A stretch of 64,000 nt of DNA, from the NCBI GenBank assembly GCA_024704765.1, contig JAKMXF010000055.1, positions 823,264 to 887,263 of the forward strand, in the 5' to 3' direction. The translations under genes and the position numbers were made by a program. Positions 28,391 through 41,560 of this stretch are shown here, piece after piece. The stretch's first letter is position 1. Each line of letters begins with the position of its first letter. The notes beneath the pieces are model-generated. The model ran no database searches, was not told where the DNA came from, and saw only the letters and a program-made list of their open reading frames with translations. This DNA is from Oopsacas minuta. Lineage: Eukaryota > Animalia > Porifera.

Positions 28391-29690
28391 CTGAGTGCTC
28401 AATAAGTTCGAGTAAACTATACAAAGCACTTACAGTAGAGCTAATTTAACGTAACCACATACATACCTAGTGAATCCATACTTCCTAACCAAATTTCAGG
28501 ATTATAAGTACTATACTCGATCTTTTGCAGCCAATTTTATAGTCTTCACTTTCTATATTTTAATATTATGGAAAATTTGAATAAGAGAGATTTCCGTGCC
28601 ATCATTTTCTACAATTTCAAACGTGGATTAAACGTTGCGGATTGCAGTTGTGAGATGTTTCCTATCTTTGGGGATCAAAGTCCAACTCAATCCAACATCT
28701 ACAATTGGTGTCGTCAATCCCGTTTGGGCCACACATCCCTTGACGATGAGTTACGTTCAGGACGTCCAATTACCGCGGTCACCAAGGAGAATATCGACAA
28801 AGTATCGAAGTTAGTAACTGAGGATAGGCAAATCACTGTCAGACAGTTAGCTTTCGAGGTTTCGGTCTCATCGGGGACAATAGAAACCATCTTACGCCAA
28901 CACCTTGAGCTAAAGAGGGTTTGTCTAAGTTGGTCCCCCATTTATTAAATTTTGAGCACAAAAATCGTCAATTAGAATTTTGTCGTTGTATGCTGCTAAA
29001 GTATTCCAAAAAAGATTCGCGACGCTGGTCAGAAGTCATAACTGGTGACGAGACATGGATCTATTATTACGACATTCAATCAAAGCAGCAGAGCTCAAAA
29101 TGGATCTTTGAAGACGAGAAACCAGACACAATTACTAAGCAAACCAGGGCGGTCGGCAGCGAATGTTTGCTGTTTTCTTCTCTACAAGAGGAATAATAGA
29201 ATATGTGATGCTTCCTGAGAAGCACACTATTACTGCAACTTGGTACACTGAAATTGTCTTCCGCAAGTGTTCCAAGCTGTCGAGAAGTTGCGTCCAAAGA
29301 CTAGTCTTCGCGGAATGAAATTCCACCATGACAATGCTCCAGCTCACACTGCACGAAAAACTAAGGACTATATCAAACAATTGGGGCTAGAATTGATCGA
29401 TCATCCACCCTATAGCCCAGATCTAACCCCCTGTGACTTCTGGTTGTTTCCTACTACAAAACGCCATATAAAGGGTAGACGTTTTGATTCGGAAACAGAG
29501 CTGAGCGCCGCATTTTTGGATGCAATTGACCTCATACCAGAAAGTCGCTACTCAAGACTATTTGGCATGTGGTTAAAATGGTGTCAAAGGTGTATTGATG
29601 CTAATGGGGAGTATTTCGAACATTTGAAATAGTATTTTTATTCTATCTGTACTGTAAGCATACTTTTACTCGAACTTATAGAAGACTCGA
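28391..29690 (+). mobile_element. Full-length mariner (DD34D) element, 1300 bp, inserted in the MITE right arm
   Basis: 26-bp TIRs sharing ATAAGTTCGAGTAAA. TA duplication confirmed against the empty site ACACAATATATAGGAGC in the 58.6-kb MITE copy. Confidence 0.96.
28568..29632 (+). pseudogene. mariner transposase with frameshifts
   Basis: RSGRP, LVPHLL, TGDETW, HHDNAPAH, PYSPDLTPCDF, GEYFEHLK*; split across track ORFs 28568, 28921 and 29267. Confidence 0.95.
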
Positions 29691-30141
29691 TATAGGAGCG
29701 GGAAGGAGCATACAATTTATGACAATAAATTTGTGTCGTTGAATACTTTTGTCCCTTAACTGTACGTTTCGCGTGAATCATAAATTCTATTTAATTTATG
29801 AAGTACAATTTTGTAAAAATGGTCAGAAATAACCTGTATTTCTTTGCACAACGCCTTGGTGCATTTTTATGTTGTGTAAAATGTGAATATTTATAAATGA
29901 ATAGTTTATGAAATTATAATTCACTGTATAATTATTGAGGAAACAATAATTTGGTAACGTGAAAATGTAATGATCAATTTATTACAACAAAAATCAGTTA
30001 AATTTAACCACGTGACATCTGAATAATATCCTACTATACAGCAGTTACATAGGCCAATTATTGCAGAAAATTCAATTAACAAACATAGTTATAGAATTAA
30101 GAAATTGGGATCGAAAGAATTTGCTAAATTTGAAATATTTA

Positions 30142-31508
30142 CCGGGTGGCACAAAAAATACGGGGCCGTAAACTTTCAACTCCAATCACCAATTATGTAT
30201 CCTAGACTAACCCAAATATTTATGTTCCCTTGTTGCATGATACTTTAGCTTTCCAAAAAATGAAACAATGGAGTGAGATTCAAAGATCTTGGTGTGTCCA
30301 GCATTATTTCCAAACTCGATCTTTCAAGAAGATACGAGAAGAATTTGTGCATAGATTCAATGTCCAAAAAGCACCTTGTAAATCTAGAATACAGGATTGG
30401 GTAAAAAATTCCAGACTGAAGGAATTGTTAATAACCTAAATAGTAAGTCTGATATTCGGGAAAGTCATTCTAGAAGAAAGACTCTACGTAATCAAACCGT
30501 TATCTCTAATGTACGTGATTCTGTTTCCCAATCTCCAAAAAGATCAACGAGAAAGAGAGCTCAATGTTTAGGTTTATCTAGGACTACCCTTCAAAGGGAA
30601 CTTAAATATGATCTTAATCGTTTCCATAGAAGATTCAGACACACCAAATGCTCAAACATGCTGATGAATTAAGGAGAAAAGAGATGACTACTGTTTTGAT
30701 GGAGAAAATTGAGAGCACCAAATCCTTTTTGTCCCATCTCTGGACAACTGACGAAGCCCATTTCCACCTAGATGGTCAGGTGAATTCCAAAAACAACATC
30801 TTTTGGGGCTCTTCACGACCTGATGAAGTTAATGAAACGCCCTTGCACTCACAAAAAGTCACAATGTGGTGTGCTCTCTCAATGAAAGGGATTATCGGAC
30901 CGCTGTTTTTCGAGGAAAGTGGACAAACAGTAACAGTCACGAAGGAACGGTATGTTGATGTGCTGAATAAATTCTGGAATGAATTGGAAACAAGGTATCA
31001 CACATATATACCCAAATCTTGGTTCTAGCAAGATGGTGCTACACCTCATACAGCCAATATCACAATCAGTTGGCTCAAGGAACACTTCAAACACCGTGTT
31101 GTCAGCAAGCGTTGCGAGATTGGTTGGCTTCTTTACTCCCCTGATCTTAGTCCCCCAGATTTTTCTATGGGGCTATTTAAAAGATAGGGTATACAAGGGT
31201 AGACCAAAAACTTTCACAAATTTAAAGCAGAAGATTAAAGATGAGGTAAAGGAGATCAAACGATCAGTCTTGAAGTGGATGATGGAAAATTTTGCTCTGA
31301 GGATGCTAAAATGCAAAAATCAAAGTGGTGGTCACCTAGAACATCTCCTCTGAACTTAGAATATATTTAAGCTTGAAAGCAATTATATTTTGCACATCAC
31401 TTATATACTTACTAAGATTATTGACAGTGAACATCATTAGTCTATAAATAAATATTATGTACAATTGCGGTAAAAATGTCATGTAGCCTGTTTTTTTGGG
31501 CCACCCGG
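30142..31508 (+). mobile_element. Full-length DD41D (rosa/Visitor-type) ITm element, 1367 bp; transposase pseudogene 30260-31353
   Basis: TIRs CCGGGTGGC(A/C)CAAAAAA with flanking TA. Motifs TDEAHFHLDG, QDGATPH and YSPDLSPPDF, with 41 residues counted between D2 and D3. Frameshifts and a stop present. Confidence 0.95.
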
Positions 31509-32589
31509 TAGTAAGTTTTGCTTCCTAAAATATTTCGTTACAAATGGATCTGAATATTTTGTGAGATTTCATCAAAATATGTAAATTGATCGTGATAAAT
31601 TTGAGAAGATCACATGTATTAGCACATACTTATAGTTATCGTCAGTCGGATGTTATGGAATAATCGTGATTTTACTTTAAATTAGATCATCTTAAAGATG
31701 GAGTAAATTACGCCGAATTTGGAAATTTCTCACAACACCCATATTCTACAGCTAGGAACATGGCCTAAACGGCAGGAATGGCTCTATAGCTATATTGAAG
31801 CAAAGTTCTGGGAGAATAAGTCAAAGTTATTAATGAAAATGAAATCTATATTCTTATCCCTACAATAATCTAAATTATATCTCTAAATCTCTCTTAAAAA
31901 CTTATATTATCCACATCAAGAAAAATTTGAATCAGATAAAAGTTATTATCTATATTTGGAGCCTTCATTTGGAGAGCAATCCTATAGTTAATGTATTCAC
32001 TCTCGTTCTCTTACCATATTGGTATTTAAAAATACAAATTGAAGTGTTGACCGTCTCTTCAAATCTTATATGATCAAGACAGTTGTTACCATAGGCGCCA
32101 GAACTCAATTAGGTAATGAGAGTTAAACACATGCAAACTCCAAATATTTATTCATCGAATTTTGGATACAATTTATTGTGTTTACTAACAAATCTAATCT
32201 ATAATATAAATGATACCAACAAGTCTTAATTTTTTGCAAGAAGTTTTCCATATTTCTGGAACTGGGAAAAGTTAATTTCTTCTGCACAATAGAATTTCTA
32301 ATAGAATTTCAAACCTGAGACGAAACTTATTACAACTAAGAATAACTACCTCCAAGAATAAATATAAATGTTCAAAGAAATCAATGTAAGTGCTCTAGTT
32401 AAATTCGAGCACACTTGCCACATCACCTCAATATATAATACTAATTAGAATTAGAACATGTAAATTTAGAAAACACATGTCTGGGGATAAATTCAAGTAA
32501 GGTAAGTGAAAATTGACAACCAATATCTATCTCGGCAATGAACAAATCAGAGTTGGTAAAACCACCTTAAAGGATATCAAGTGTGGGTC

Positions 32590-34110
32590 AAAAGCAATGG
32601 AGAACAAAACGTATTTACGATGCGTAATTTATGAATCACTGTGAAGGGAGAGTGAATTGAACAACGAATCGAACCTAGTCACTCCTAAATCACCCCATAA
32701 TGCGGTCAAAGAATGCAATTCAGAGGTGTATGAATTGAAAGCAAAATGCAAGAATATGACCCAAGGCATGGATGAAAGCTTAAGGGAAATATTTGACGGT
32801 ACAACTAGGACTAGTTTGGCTGCATCTGAAATGTCATTTTAGGAAGTTGAATCTTCCATGTATCGTGCTAGAAGGAAAATGCAGACTAAGATATGTCTGA
32901 GAGTAGAGGAGTTCTCTCAAGTACTACCAGATTCTAGTTTTGATCAACATCCTATATTCACTGTTCTAATAGATAATGCCACAGCTGTCGTTATTACGTC
33001 ACAAAAATAGTGAATTTCTTGTCTGAAGTTATTCATATCCAATTTAATGGGACTTTCTACACTGTTCCATTCCAATATTATCAATTGTGGACAATATTTA
33101 TCACTGTTGGAACAAATCCTTTCCAGGAATCGATTGTCAGATGAACTCAGAAGAGGAGAGGCTATAAAAATCGATTTTAGATTGTATATGTTCTAAAATT
33201 CCTCACTTTCGAACTAAAATGGCAATATCTGATTGGGAAATAGCAGCACGCAAAGTTTGTAAAAGCAATTACCCTGAAATAAAATATGTGAGTATTGGTT
33301 TCATTTAACACAAAGGATTTGGGCCAAAATTTAAAAAACAGGCTCAACACAAGGTTTCTAATGTAATGTTGGAATCCCAATATACAAGAGCATTAATGTC
33401 GATACCTTATCTTCCTGCATAACTTATCCACTCTACATTTGATATTTTGCAATAACCTGTTGTTTTACAACTTGAAAGGCCAAAACTTGAAATGTTATCT
33501 AAGTATTCAAAAAAAGATGGATACTGCAAATTGATCCGAAAGAACTTTTTGTTTTGATACTCAAGATACGACAAAAAACACTGCTGAAAGCTACCACGAA
33601 TGCTGAAGGCAATAGTGGAGACTTCTCATCCAAGAATTTTGAACTTCCTTTCTATATTGAAAAATATAATCGAAGACACAGTAAATGATATAGACTGATT
33701 AAGACTTGGAAAATTATACTCAGGCCTACAAAGAGAAAAATATACTAAAATCAAAGCAGCGAGGGGATTATAAGCAAAGACTTCAAGATGGCATATTTAC
33801 ACCTCTACAATATCTAGCAGCAATCAGTAAAAGTAATGGAGCTAGTAACATAGTTGCTCTTGAGACACAGCTGTCGGATACTTCAGATGATGTGGAAGAT
33901 TATAATCGTGGTGGTGATGAAATGGCGGCAATTCCAGGAATTTGTACAATATGCTGAAACCGCGCACAGAAACGTGGGCATTCCTGCCATTCAGACACAC
34001 AATCAGTTGCATAAGCTGTAGTAATACGATAGGGCGATTAGACCAATCCTGTCCAGTGATTAGTTGCAAAATTGAAAGTATATTCCAAATCAATATTCAA
34101 AAAGATTTAC
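32590..34110 (+). pseudogene. Mutator (MULE) transposase remnant with FLYWCH/WRKY-like N-terminus and C-terminal RING finger
   Basis: YLRC..CEGR...PH (N-terminal zinc motif); QFNGTFYTVPFQYYQLWTI (~33040); ISDWEIAA...YPE...WFHLTQRIW; TKNTAESYH (~33570); CTIC..PRTETWAFLP(F)RH..CISC...CPV (33940-34100, degenerate C3HC4-type). Confidence 0.8.
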
Positions 34111-34279
34111 TAGTTCAATATCTATCCTCTTCATTCAATATTATGAATTTCCTTCTATTCCCCATCTCTTCATTGATTATTAGGTACTTCAAAATATTAC
34201 TTTAGTATTCAATCAGTAAATTCGATCTTTCGCTAAAAAAGCTAAATAAAGTCGATCTATGGACAATATAGCTTAAATA

Positions 34280-35626
34280 CAGGGTGTTAAGAAATTGAGG
34301 CCCTCCCTATCTCTCGAGATCTAATGCTACCATAGTATTTTTACATTGTTAAATATATAGCTTTTCACTTGATTTGTACTTTAATATACCAGGAGTTATA
34401 TTTAGTAGGTAGCTTTTTCTAGTTCATTAACTTTTTGTGCATATTTTGACCCAATCTTCTATTGTCTTCACAATTAGTTAATACCATGGTCAAAGAAGCT
34501 AGTCTAGCAGTGCGTAATCAAGCAATAGGCATGTTAAAAGCCGGGCAGACGCAGAAAAGTGTCGCAATACATTTTGGCACAAATGTACGTACCGTTTGTC
34601 GGTGGTGGTTGAGGGCATATTGTGGAAACAGCCTCGAGAATAGGCAAGGCCGAGGAAGAAAACCGGCGATAGGAAAAGTACCGAAAATAGTTATTGCTAA
34701 AACATTAGGGAAAAAGATGAAATCAACTCGCAAAATATCCCAGCTCTTAAAGTCTAAGGGTTTTCAACTTTCCCATGTAACTGTGCATACATATTTGCGG
34801 AAAAATCTAGGTGTAAAGCCGTATAAGCCACAGTTACAGCCCAAATTGACCGAAAAACAGAAATTCGCTCGATTAACCTTCTGTTTGGCACGAAAAAATT
34901 GGTCAATTAATGATTGGCGCAATGTACTTTTCTCTGATGAATCTCCATTTGAGTTGTACCATTCACCGAATCGGCAGAACGACAGAGTTTGGTTAGCAGA
35001 CAGAGAAAAAGTTGTACCTACGGAAAAAGTGAAGTTTCCTGGAAAATTGCAGGTTTGGGCATGATGTCCTATAATGGCCTATCAAACCTTCACATAATCC
35101 CTAGTGGGCAGACAGTAACAACAATATACTATCTAGAAGAGGTTCTGAAGAAGACGATGATGTCTGCAATGCATCGAGATAGAGATACAGGTGGAGTAAC
35201 TGAGAGGAAATTATTGTCGGACATATCGGCTGCCATTTTTCAACAGGATGGTGCCCCGGCACACACGTCCAAAAAACACAGGAATGGCTAGGAGAGAACT
35301 TTCAAAACTTCTGGCCCAAAGGTATTTGGCCTGCCAACTCCCCTGACCTGAGTCCTATAGAGAATCTATGGTCAATAATCCAAACCGCCATCAATTCTTT
35401 TCAGCCGGTAACTAATCTAAAAACGCTCGAAAAACAACTAATTTCAGCTTGGAGACATATTTCACCTGAAGTTTTGGACAAATTGATAGCCAGTATGCCA
35501 GATCGGATAAGTAAATGTATACAACTAAAGGGTGGATATATTGGGAAATAAATGTATGTGTTTAGAGATTATTTATAGACTAATCATTGAGTTAGTATTA
35601 GAGGGCATCAATTTCTTAACACCCTG
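34280..35626 (+). mobile_element. Full-length Tc1-like DD37E element, 1347 bp; transposase pseudogene 34486-35551
   Basis: 26-bp TIRs CAGGGTGTTAAGAAATTGA(G/T)GCCCTC with TA on both sides. Motifs FSDESPF, QQDGAPAH and NSPDLSPIENLW; 37 residues D2-E after restoring one A in an A-run. Two single-base frameshifts. Confidence 0.95.
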
Positions 35627-35849
35627 TAGAATTCGATCTATCGAAAACATCAAAATTTGACCTAATGAAGCCTCCCGCCAATTCACAATCAGGCCAGCAT
35701 TTCAAAAAATATACATTCTTTATGACAAATATGCAGCTTGGATTACCAGACAAATAAATTTGACTTTTAATTCAATCTCCCTAGATGATATAACACTGAC
35801 GCAATTGGGCTCGAATAGTTGTAATATTGATAGTAAATAATTCACACAA

Positions 35850-36370
35850 GTCATGTCATCCAATTATCTCCAGTTTGAAATAGCGTCATCTGTCTGGTAA
35901 AATGAGAATATGTTGTTACAAATATCCCCATGTTTAGTGATCTGATAAACGATCACTAATGCGCCTTCGATCCCAGAGTAAATATCAAGTGAACAAAGGA
36001 TGGATATATATAATATCTAAAATTCTTCGTGATCATAAATCTACCACGTTACTGAATCATATTAGGTACCATGGATGGAACATGTTTTGGCAATATCAGC
36101 CCTAACTCGAAAGCTATGGCCAAATCACTCCAGCAAATGAGTCTATACTATTTAAGATAACTCAGTAACGTGAAAACTTCCTAATCACAAAAATGTCATA
36201 AATTATATGGAATATCCTTAGATCACTTGCTAAAAATATGAGAATTGAAGACAAACAAGTGATCATTTATCAGAGCAAAAAATAGGTCAGTTTTAACAGC
36301 ATATTGAAAATTAAGGAAACAAATTAAGTCATTTCAAATTAGCAATAGTTTGAATATGGCTTCAGAAGAT
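35850..36370. repeat. Degenerate long-TIR MITE-like family (second copy 44370-45120)
   Basis: Inverted TCTGATAAA(C/T)GATCACT motifs at the two ends. Core TTAGGTACCATGGATGG...ATGGCCAAATCACTCCAGC...CTCAGTAACGTG is shared with the 44.4-45.1 kb copy. CCATGGATG core also at ~9080 and ~42248. Confidence 0.55.
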
Positions 36371-36859
36371 TACGAACAATCAATATATATATTCGAACCA
36401 AATGCACCGATTATGTATTATCGATAAAAATGAAGTCAAATGAAATAGGTAATCCAGGGATAAATACTGTGAATAGGCTTTATTTTCGTAGGCTGTGAGA
36501 TATACGCAATGCACCGAGTGAGATGTTTTTACAAAGGCCAAATAAGTAAACACCACTGAAATGCAAAATCATGAACGTATACTATTACAAATACATATAC
36601 TTGGTTTGGGTTACAACTAGACATAAGTATTTTCTACCCCAATAATTATGGATCAAATAATACATCTTTATGCGACCTCATAAGAATTATGTGGCGGCCC
36701 CACTTTGGGTTGTGACACACCCTTCACAACTGCTGCTAAATGTAACATAAAAAAATAAATTTATCAGGCCAATTTTGGAAGCACATTATAGATGGATAGT
36801 GGGGTCTACTCCATTAATTTGTGGGAAAACAAAGAATTTCCAAATTTTGAAGTGCTACA

Positions 36860-38169
36860 CAGGCTGGCCAATAAGTTCTGGTACATAACTCTATATCGTA
36901 CAAAAATCTTTCATTATTTAGATTGATTGACGTTACTGATATGTATTTATTCTGTTATCTCTCGCAATACAATATTCATTGAAAATACACTATTTGAAAA
37001 CCAGGAACAAATTATCAGCTATGGAGAAAGAACGGTCGGCGATTGTTGAATTATTTCAAAAAGGAAAAAAACAAAAAAGAAATAATGAAACTTTTAAAAA
37101 TTCCACAGACACGTCGAACTTCGTAATCCGTACGATAAAACGCTTCAATAAGACTGGTGGCGTGATGGACAGAACCAGAACTGGTCGCCCGGTCTCCATC
37201 ACGACCGTAGAGATGCGAAAGGTAGTGCGGAGTCGAGTGTGGCGAAATCCTCAGCGATCGATCAGAAAAATGGCTAAAGAACTGAATATATCCCGTGGAT
37301 CACTTCAAACAATTGTCAAGAGAGACTTAGGGCTATGTTCGTTTAAGAAAAGGAAAGTCCATTTCCTTCAGACAAAATAAAGACAAAGAGGCTCTCAAGA
37401 AGCAAAGTCCTCCATACACGATTCGCAGCCCAGGGACTGGATCAAGTCCTTTTCTCCGATGAAAAACTTTTCACCGTTGAACAAGCATTCAATCGTCAAA
37501 ACGATAGAATATTATCTAAAAGCACTTCTACTATCCCTGATGAGTACAGGTACGTCAAAAGAGTCCAGAAACCACTCTCGTTGATGGTTTGGGGCGGAGT
37601 ATCTTCTGTTTGCCGGACACCACTGGTTTTCGTCCCTGCGGGGGTCAAATAAATGCTACAAACGTATATGGAGCACATTTTACAGCCCATTGTGAAAGAT
37701 CTTGGTGAGATGATGTTTGAAAACCAGCCGTTCATATTCCAACAAGACGGTGCTCCTGCCCATACAGCAAACAGTACTCAGGAATGGCTTCAAACAAATA
37801 TTTCTGACTTTATCTCAAAGGTAGAATGGCCGCCGTCTAGCCCAGACCTTAACACTCTAGATTTCTCAGTGTGGTCCATTTTAGAGTCAAGTGCTTGCTC
37901 GAAGTCCCATAACAGTATTGAGTCTCTAAAGCAATCTCTGACGTGAGAATGGGAAAAAATCCCACAGGAGATGCTGCGTACCGCAGTGTGGGCAGTCCCC
38001 GGGCGTCTGAAGGCTACTATCAAAAAGAAAGGCGGATACATAGAATAGAGATTGTGCACAATAAAACTCATAATGCCAAACTACTTATGCTAAAATATCA
38101 ACTCAATATAATGAATATTGGTTAAATTATAGTAGTTTTTCTATGTTCCAGAACTTATTGGCCACCCTA
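36860..38169 (+). mobile_element. Full-length maT (DD37D) element, 1310 bp; transposase pseudogene 37021-38048
   Basis: TIRs CAGGCTGGCCAATAAGTTCTGG / CCAGAACTTATTGGCCACCCT. Motifs FSDEKLFTVEQ, QQDGAPAH and WPPSSPDLNTLDF, with 37 residues D2-D3. Confidence 0.95.
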
Positions 38170-40373
38170 TAAACAGAAGAATTTCTTTGTGAATCTTAAG
38201 AATATAATTTGGTCAAGAAATTATGGAGAAATTTTTTCTAGTGGTATATGGCCAAAAGTGAGATAATTGTGTCTTCATGTGATGAAGATAATTTTCACCT
38301 AATTTTAGAGTCAGTAGATTATCTGTAATTTTGAGCATAAGTTTGGGCTCTGAACACAAATGGTGTAGTCAGGGGAGCGTACATATTATAAAACAAACAG
38401 AACCGCACATTTCAGTGCTGGGCACTATACAATAACATAGTCGGTCCAATAAAACGAACAGGAAATTCTAGTAAACTTCAACATAAGGCCATTCCGAGCA
38501 TAGTGAAACACTTCCAAAATATATATTCTTTGTCAAGAGGATTGTAAGAGTCTTAAGAAGAATTCAGAGTGAATACTTGGTAAATGAAATTGTACGCTCG
38601 GGAAAAATGCAAGCGTCATAAGAAAATCAATGAATTCATGAAGCTAACAAATATAGGAACAAAATAAAATGAACCAATAGAAGAAAGAATAATGAAGCAA
38701 ACATACCTAATACAAGCTGAAGAAGCAGAGATGTATAATGAATAGAACTTTTACAATTGCCTACAAGAGAAGTAAGAAGACTGGCCCCAACTCGACGCTT
38801 AATGGTAGAAGAATTAGTGAGGAAGTGTAACCAATTTTGTATAAGAACCTAGGAAAAAGAAAATAAAATGTTTGATAGAATTGATGAGTTGGAAAATCAA
38901 GCAACAAAGATAACATATAAACCATACAAACTACACACATCGGGCATAGTTAAATCCAAGCACAATACAACACATTTCTGACACTAATAAGTATAGAAAT
39001 TTGATCTGGAACAGGCACAAAAGATAATAGAACCTCATTATTGAGTAGCGAGCGAACTTTTGATATGGGTACTTCTTATTTGCTAATCAACAAAGGGCCA
39101 AAAGCTTAATATAATCTATGCAAAATGATCGAAATATACACATGACAAATAAATATCCACTATTATTGCAGATAAATATCTAGTTGTATATTTCTCGTTG
39201 GCAGTACTTAAATCTATTGTAAACTTCGAAAAAATGGGCTAATAGATCCTACAGTATTCTTTCATTGCATTTCGCTATTCTGAACAAATTCAATAATCCG
39301 AGGAAATTATTTACAATTGGAACAATACTGAGCGGATTAGCGAGGGTCTACTGTAATGAGTCAATTAGGTAGTTAATGAATGAGAGTGCCCAAACAAAGA
39401 GAATTGGAGAAACCAGATATACAATTTGAGAAATATTGCCTACAATTCCTCAAATATTGAATTCTGAAACATTCGGGGTATCTTATGTGGATGTATAAAC
39501 TTAAAGTACATTCATTATCCATATCAGCTTAGAAGCGCATTTGAACTATAAAACGGAAAACGTGCACCACACTATTCTGACATGAAAATAATAAGAATTC
39601 GCAAATTATAGGATCATGCAAGTTTCTGTATATTAAAAATTACGCTGAATACATACAATTTATGATAAAAATTGAATACATTTCAATGAGTATCATTGTA
39701 AAGATTAAGATACAGGCACATCGCAAGAAACACGACTGAGGGGGTGCAAAATAGAAACCACGGACGAAAAGTACGTTTGTAAATAAATTTTGGAAAATCA
39801 ACAGTAAGAAAATAGATATGAATTACAAACCAACATTTCAACCAGAAAAAAGCAAATAGAAATTGTTCCATATGTATCAAAATTGAAATTTCCTGTCACT
39901 ATTCAGATTTTACCACTGTTTCTTAGACGAAAATTCATACCAATGACGAAAGTATCATGTCATTGTCACCTTCTTGGACTTTCGAAAATTTGAGCAATAT
40001 GCAATGAAAAACATAGCTACATGTTTAACAAATGGAAAATTTTTGAGCTATTGGAACTATAGATAAATATATGATTCTAGTTAACATGTGTATTTTAATT
40101 TGTAAACCCTAAATTTGAAGATGTCTATAATTTTGACACGTATATCAAAGACTTTTTGAGAATCGCTTAGATCTTAGAACATTGGTTCCAGGGGTGTACC
40201 TAGGTACTTGATGGCCACCTAAAAGTGTTATTTCAGCATTCCTGAAGGAAACAAATTGGCGAAAATCAGAATCAAATTAGTACAGGATCAATATGTTACC
40301 ACCCAAAAAAGTGCGATCCATAGAAAGCCACTGCAAAAAAGGTGCCGGCCCAGAATTCCTGTATAAACTCCCG

Positions 40374-40484
40374 ATTAGTTCTCAACCTTTTTTCTCCCGT
40401 GGAACCTTTTGGTCTATTTCAAGGGCTGCCAATAAACATAACGACAACATTTCTGGGCCACGGACCTCAGATTAAGAATCACTG
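40374..40484. repeat. Short hAT-type MITE (similar small elements at 22161-22286 and 61575-61652)
   Basis: GTTCTCAACCTT...TTAAGAATCACTG termini resembling CAGTGGTTCTCAAC-type hAT MITE ends. TSDs not evident. Confidence 0.45.
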
Positions 40485-40849
40485 TTTTCAAACTTGTCCC
40501 TATATGTATCCCATCCCACACACATGCCAAATATCATGTCTATAGCTATTATAAGTCCCTCAATAAATTCCGGACTATTAAATAAAACAATGCCCGACAA
40601 ATTGTATATTAGATATAGACAAAACTTTGCAAACAATAATCAACTTCTGATCACCCATTCTAAATGTCCTCAAGTTTACAAATTATTCCAAAGACTTGTT
40701 CCTAATTAGATTTCAAAAATGATGTACGCTGGGATACGCCAAGGCAATTCACAATTGTGGAAGCAGTACAGAGAGCTAATGGGTACAAGGAATAATGGAG
40801 GATAGCCAAGGAAATTAGTAAATATATGTAATAAGGACCAATTGTATCT

Positions 40850-41560
40850 CCAAAACTGATTAAAGAGATAGGTCTTCAAACGAGTTGTGAAACATCGCAT
40901 ATTTGACTAAAATGATATATCCTAATATAGAAAGGAGGCGCTACATAATGACATAGATATTTGAAGCAGTAGAATTGATCCAGATCGCAGTGTAAGTTTT
41001 GGAACATAAGGTTGACTTGAGTTGATTATGATTACTAGTGTCAGCCAATACAGAATTATAAATACCAGCAGAAGCATTTTAAAAATATTTGTTAACGAAT
41101 TTGTCACTAGTGGAGGGTACACTAAATTAGTTTGATACTATCCTACTTCCGGGCATCAGTAACCATACGAGAAGCTGATCCATTAACACGCTAGATTATC
41201 TGATTTCAGCGACTGGCAAACCATAGAGGAAGAAGCTATTACAAAAGTATAAGAGAAAAAGTAAAAAGCATCCACTAGTCCTTGAGTTGTAGCACGGACC
41301 AGGAAATATACTTACTTCCTGTTGCGTGCCTGAGCTTCTAAAAGGCAATGTATTCACGTGAGCCTTCATTTTGAGATGGTTGTCATATAATACATTACAA
41401 GTCAACGTACTAATGGCAATGGATTCCAAAACACAGGTTAACAAGAAAAGGAGGGAGTGACTTACCTTAGTCGCCCGTGTTAAAATTAGTAGATATATCG
41501 AATAATAGAATGACCACCTCCTGGTAATAATCAGATTCGCGGGATTAATTCTCTGCACTG
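40850..41560 (-). mobile_element. 3' fragment of an L2-like LINE
   Basis: Ordered motifs NVLYDNHLKMKAHVN, YFCNSFFLYGLP, YVPKLTLRSGSILL and FTTRLKTYLF. Confidence 0.7.

Larger units (their letters stand above)
27621..29762. mobile_element. Long-TIR (~400 bp) non-autonomous element/MITE, copy A, interrupted by a mariner
   Basis: Ends CAGTCAAGGGACAAAA...TTTTGTCCCTTAACTG. Arms are inverted copies of each other with many differences. The ~115-bp spacer is the reverse complement of the spacer at 58157-58271. Confidence 0.9.
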
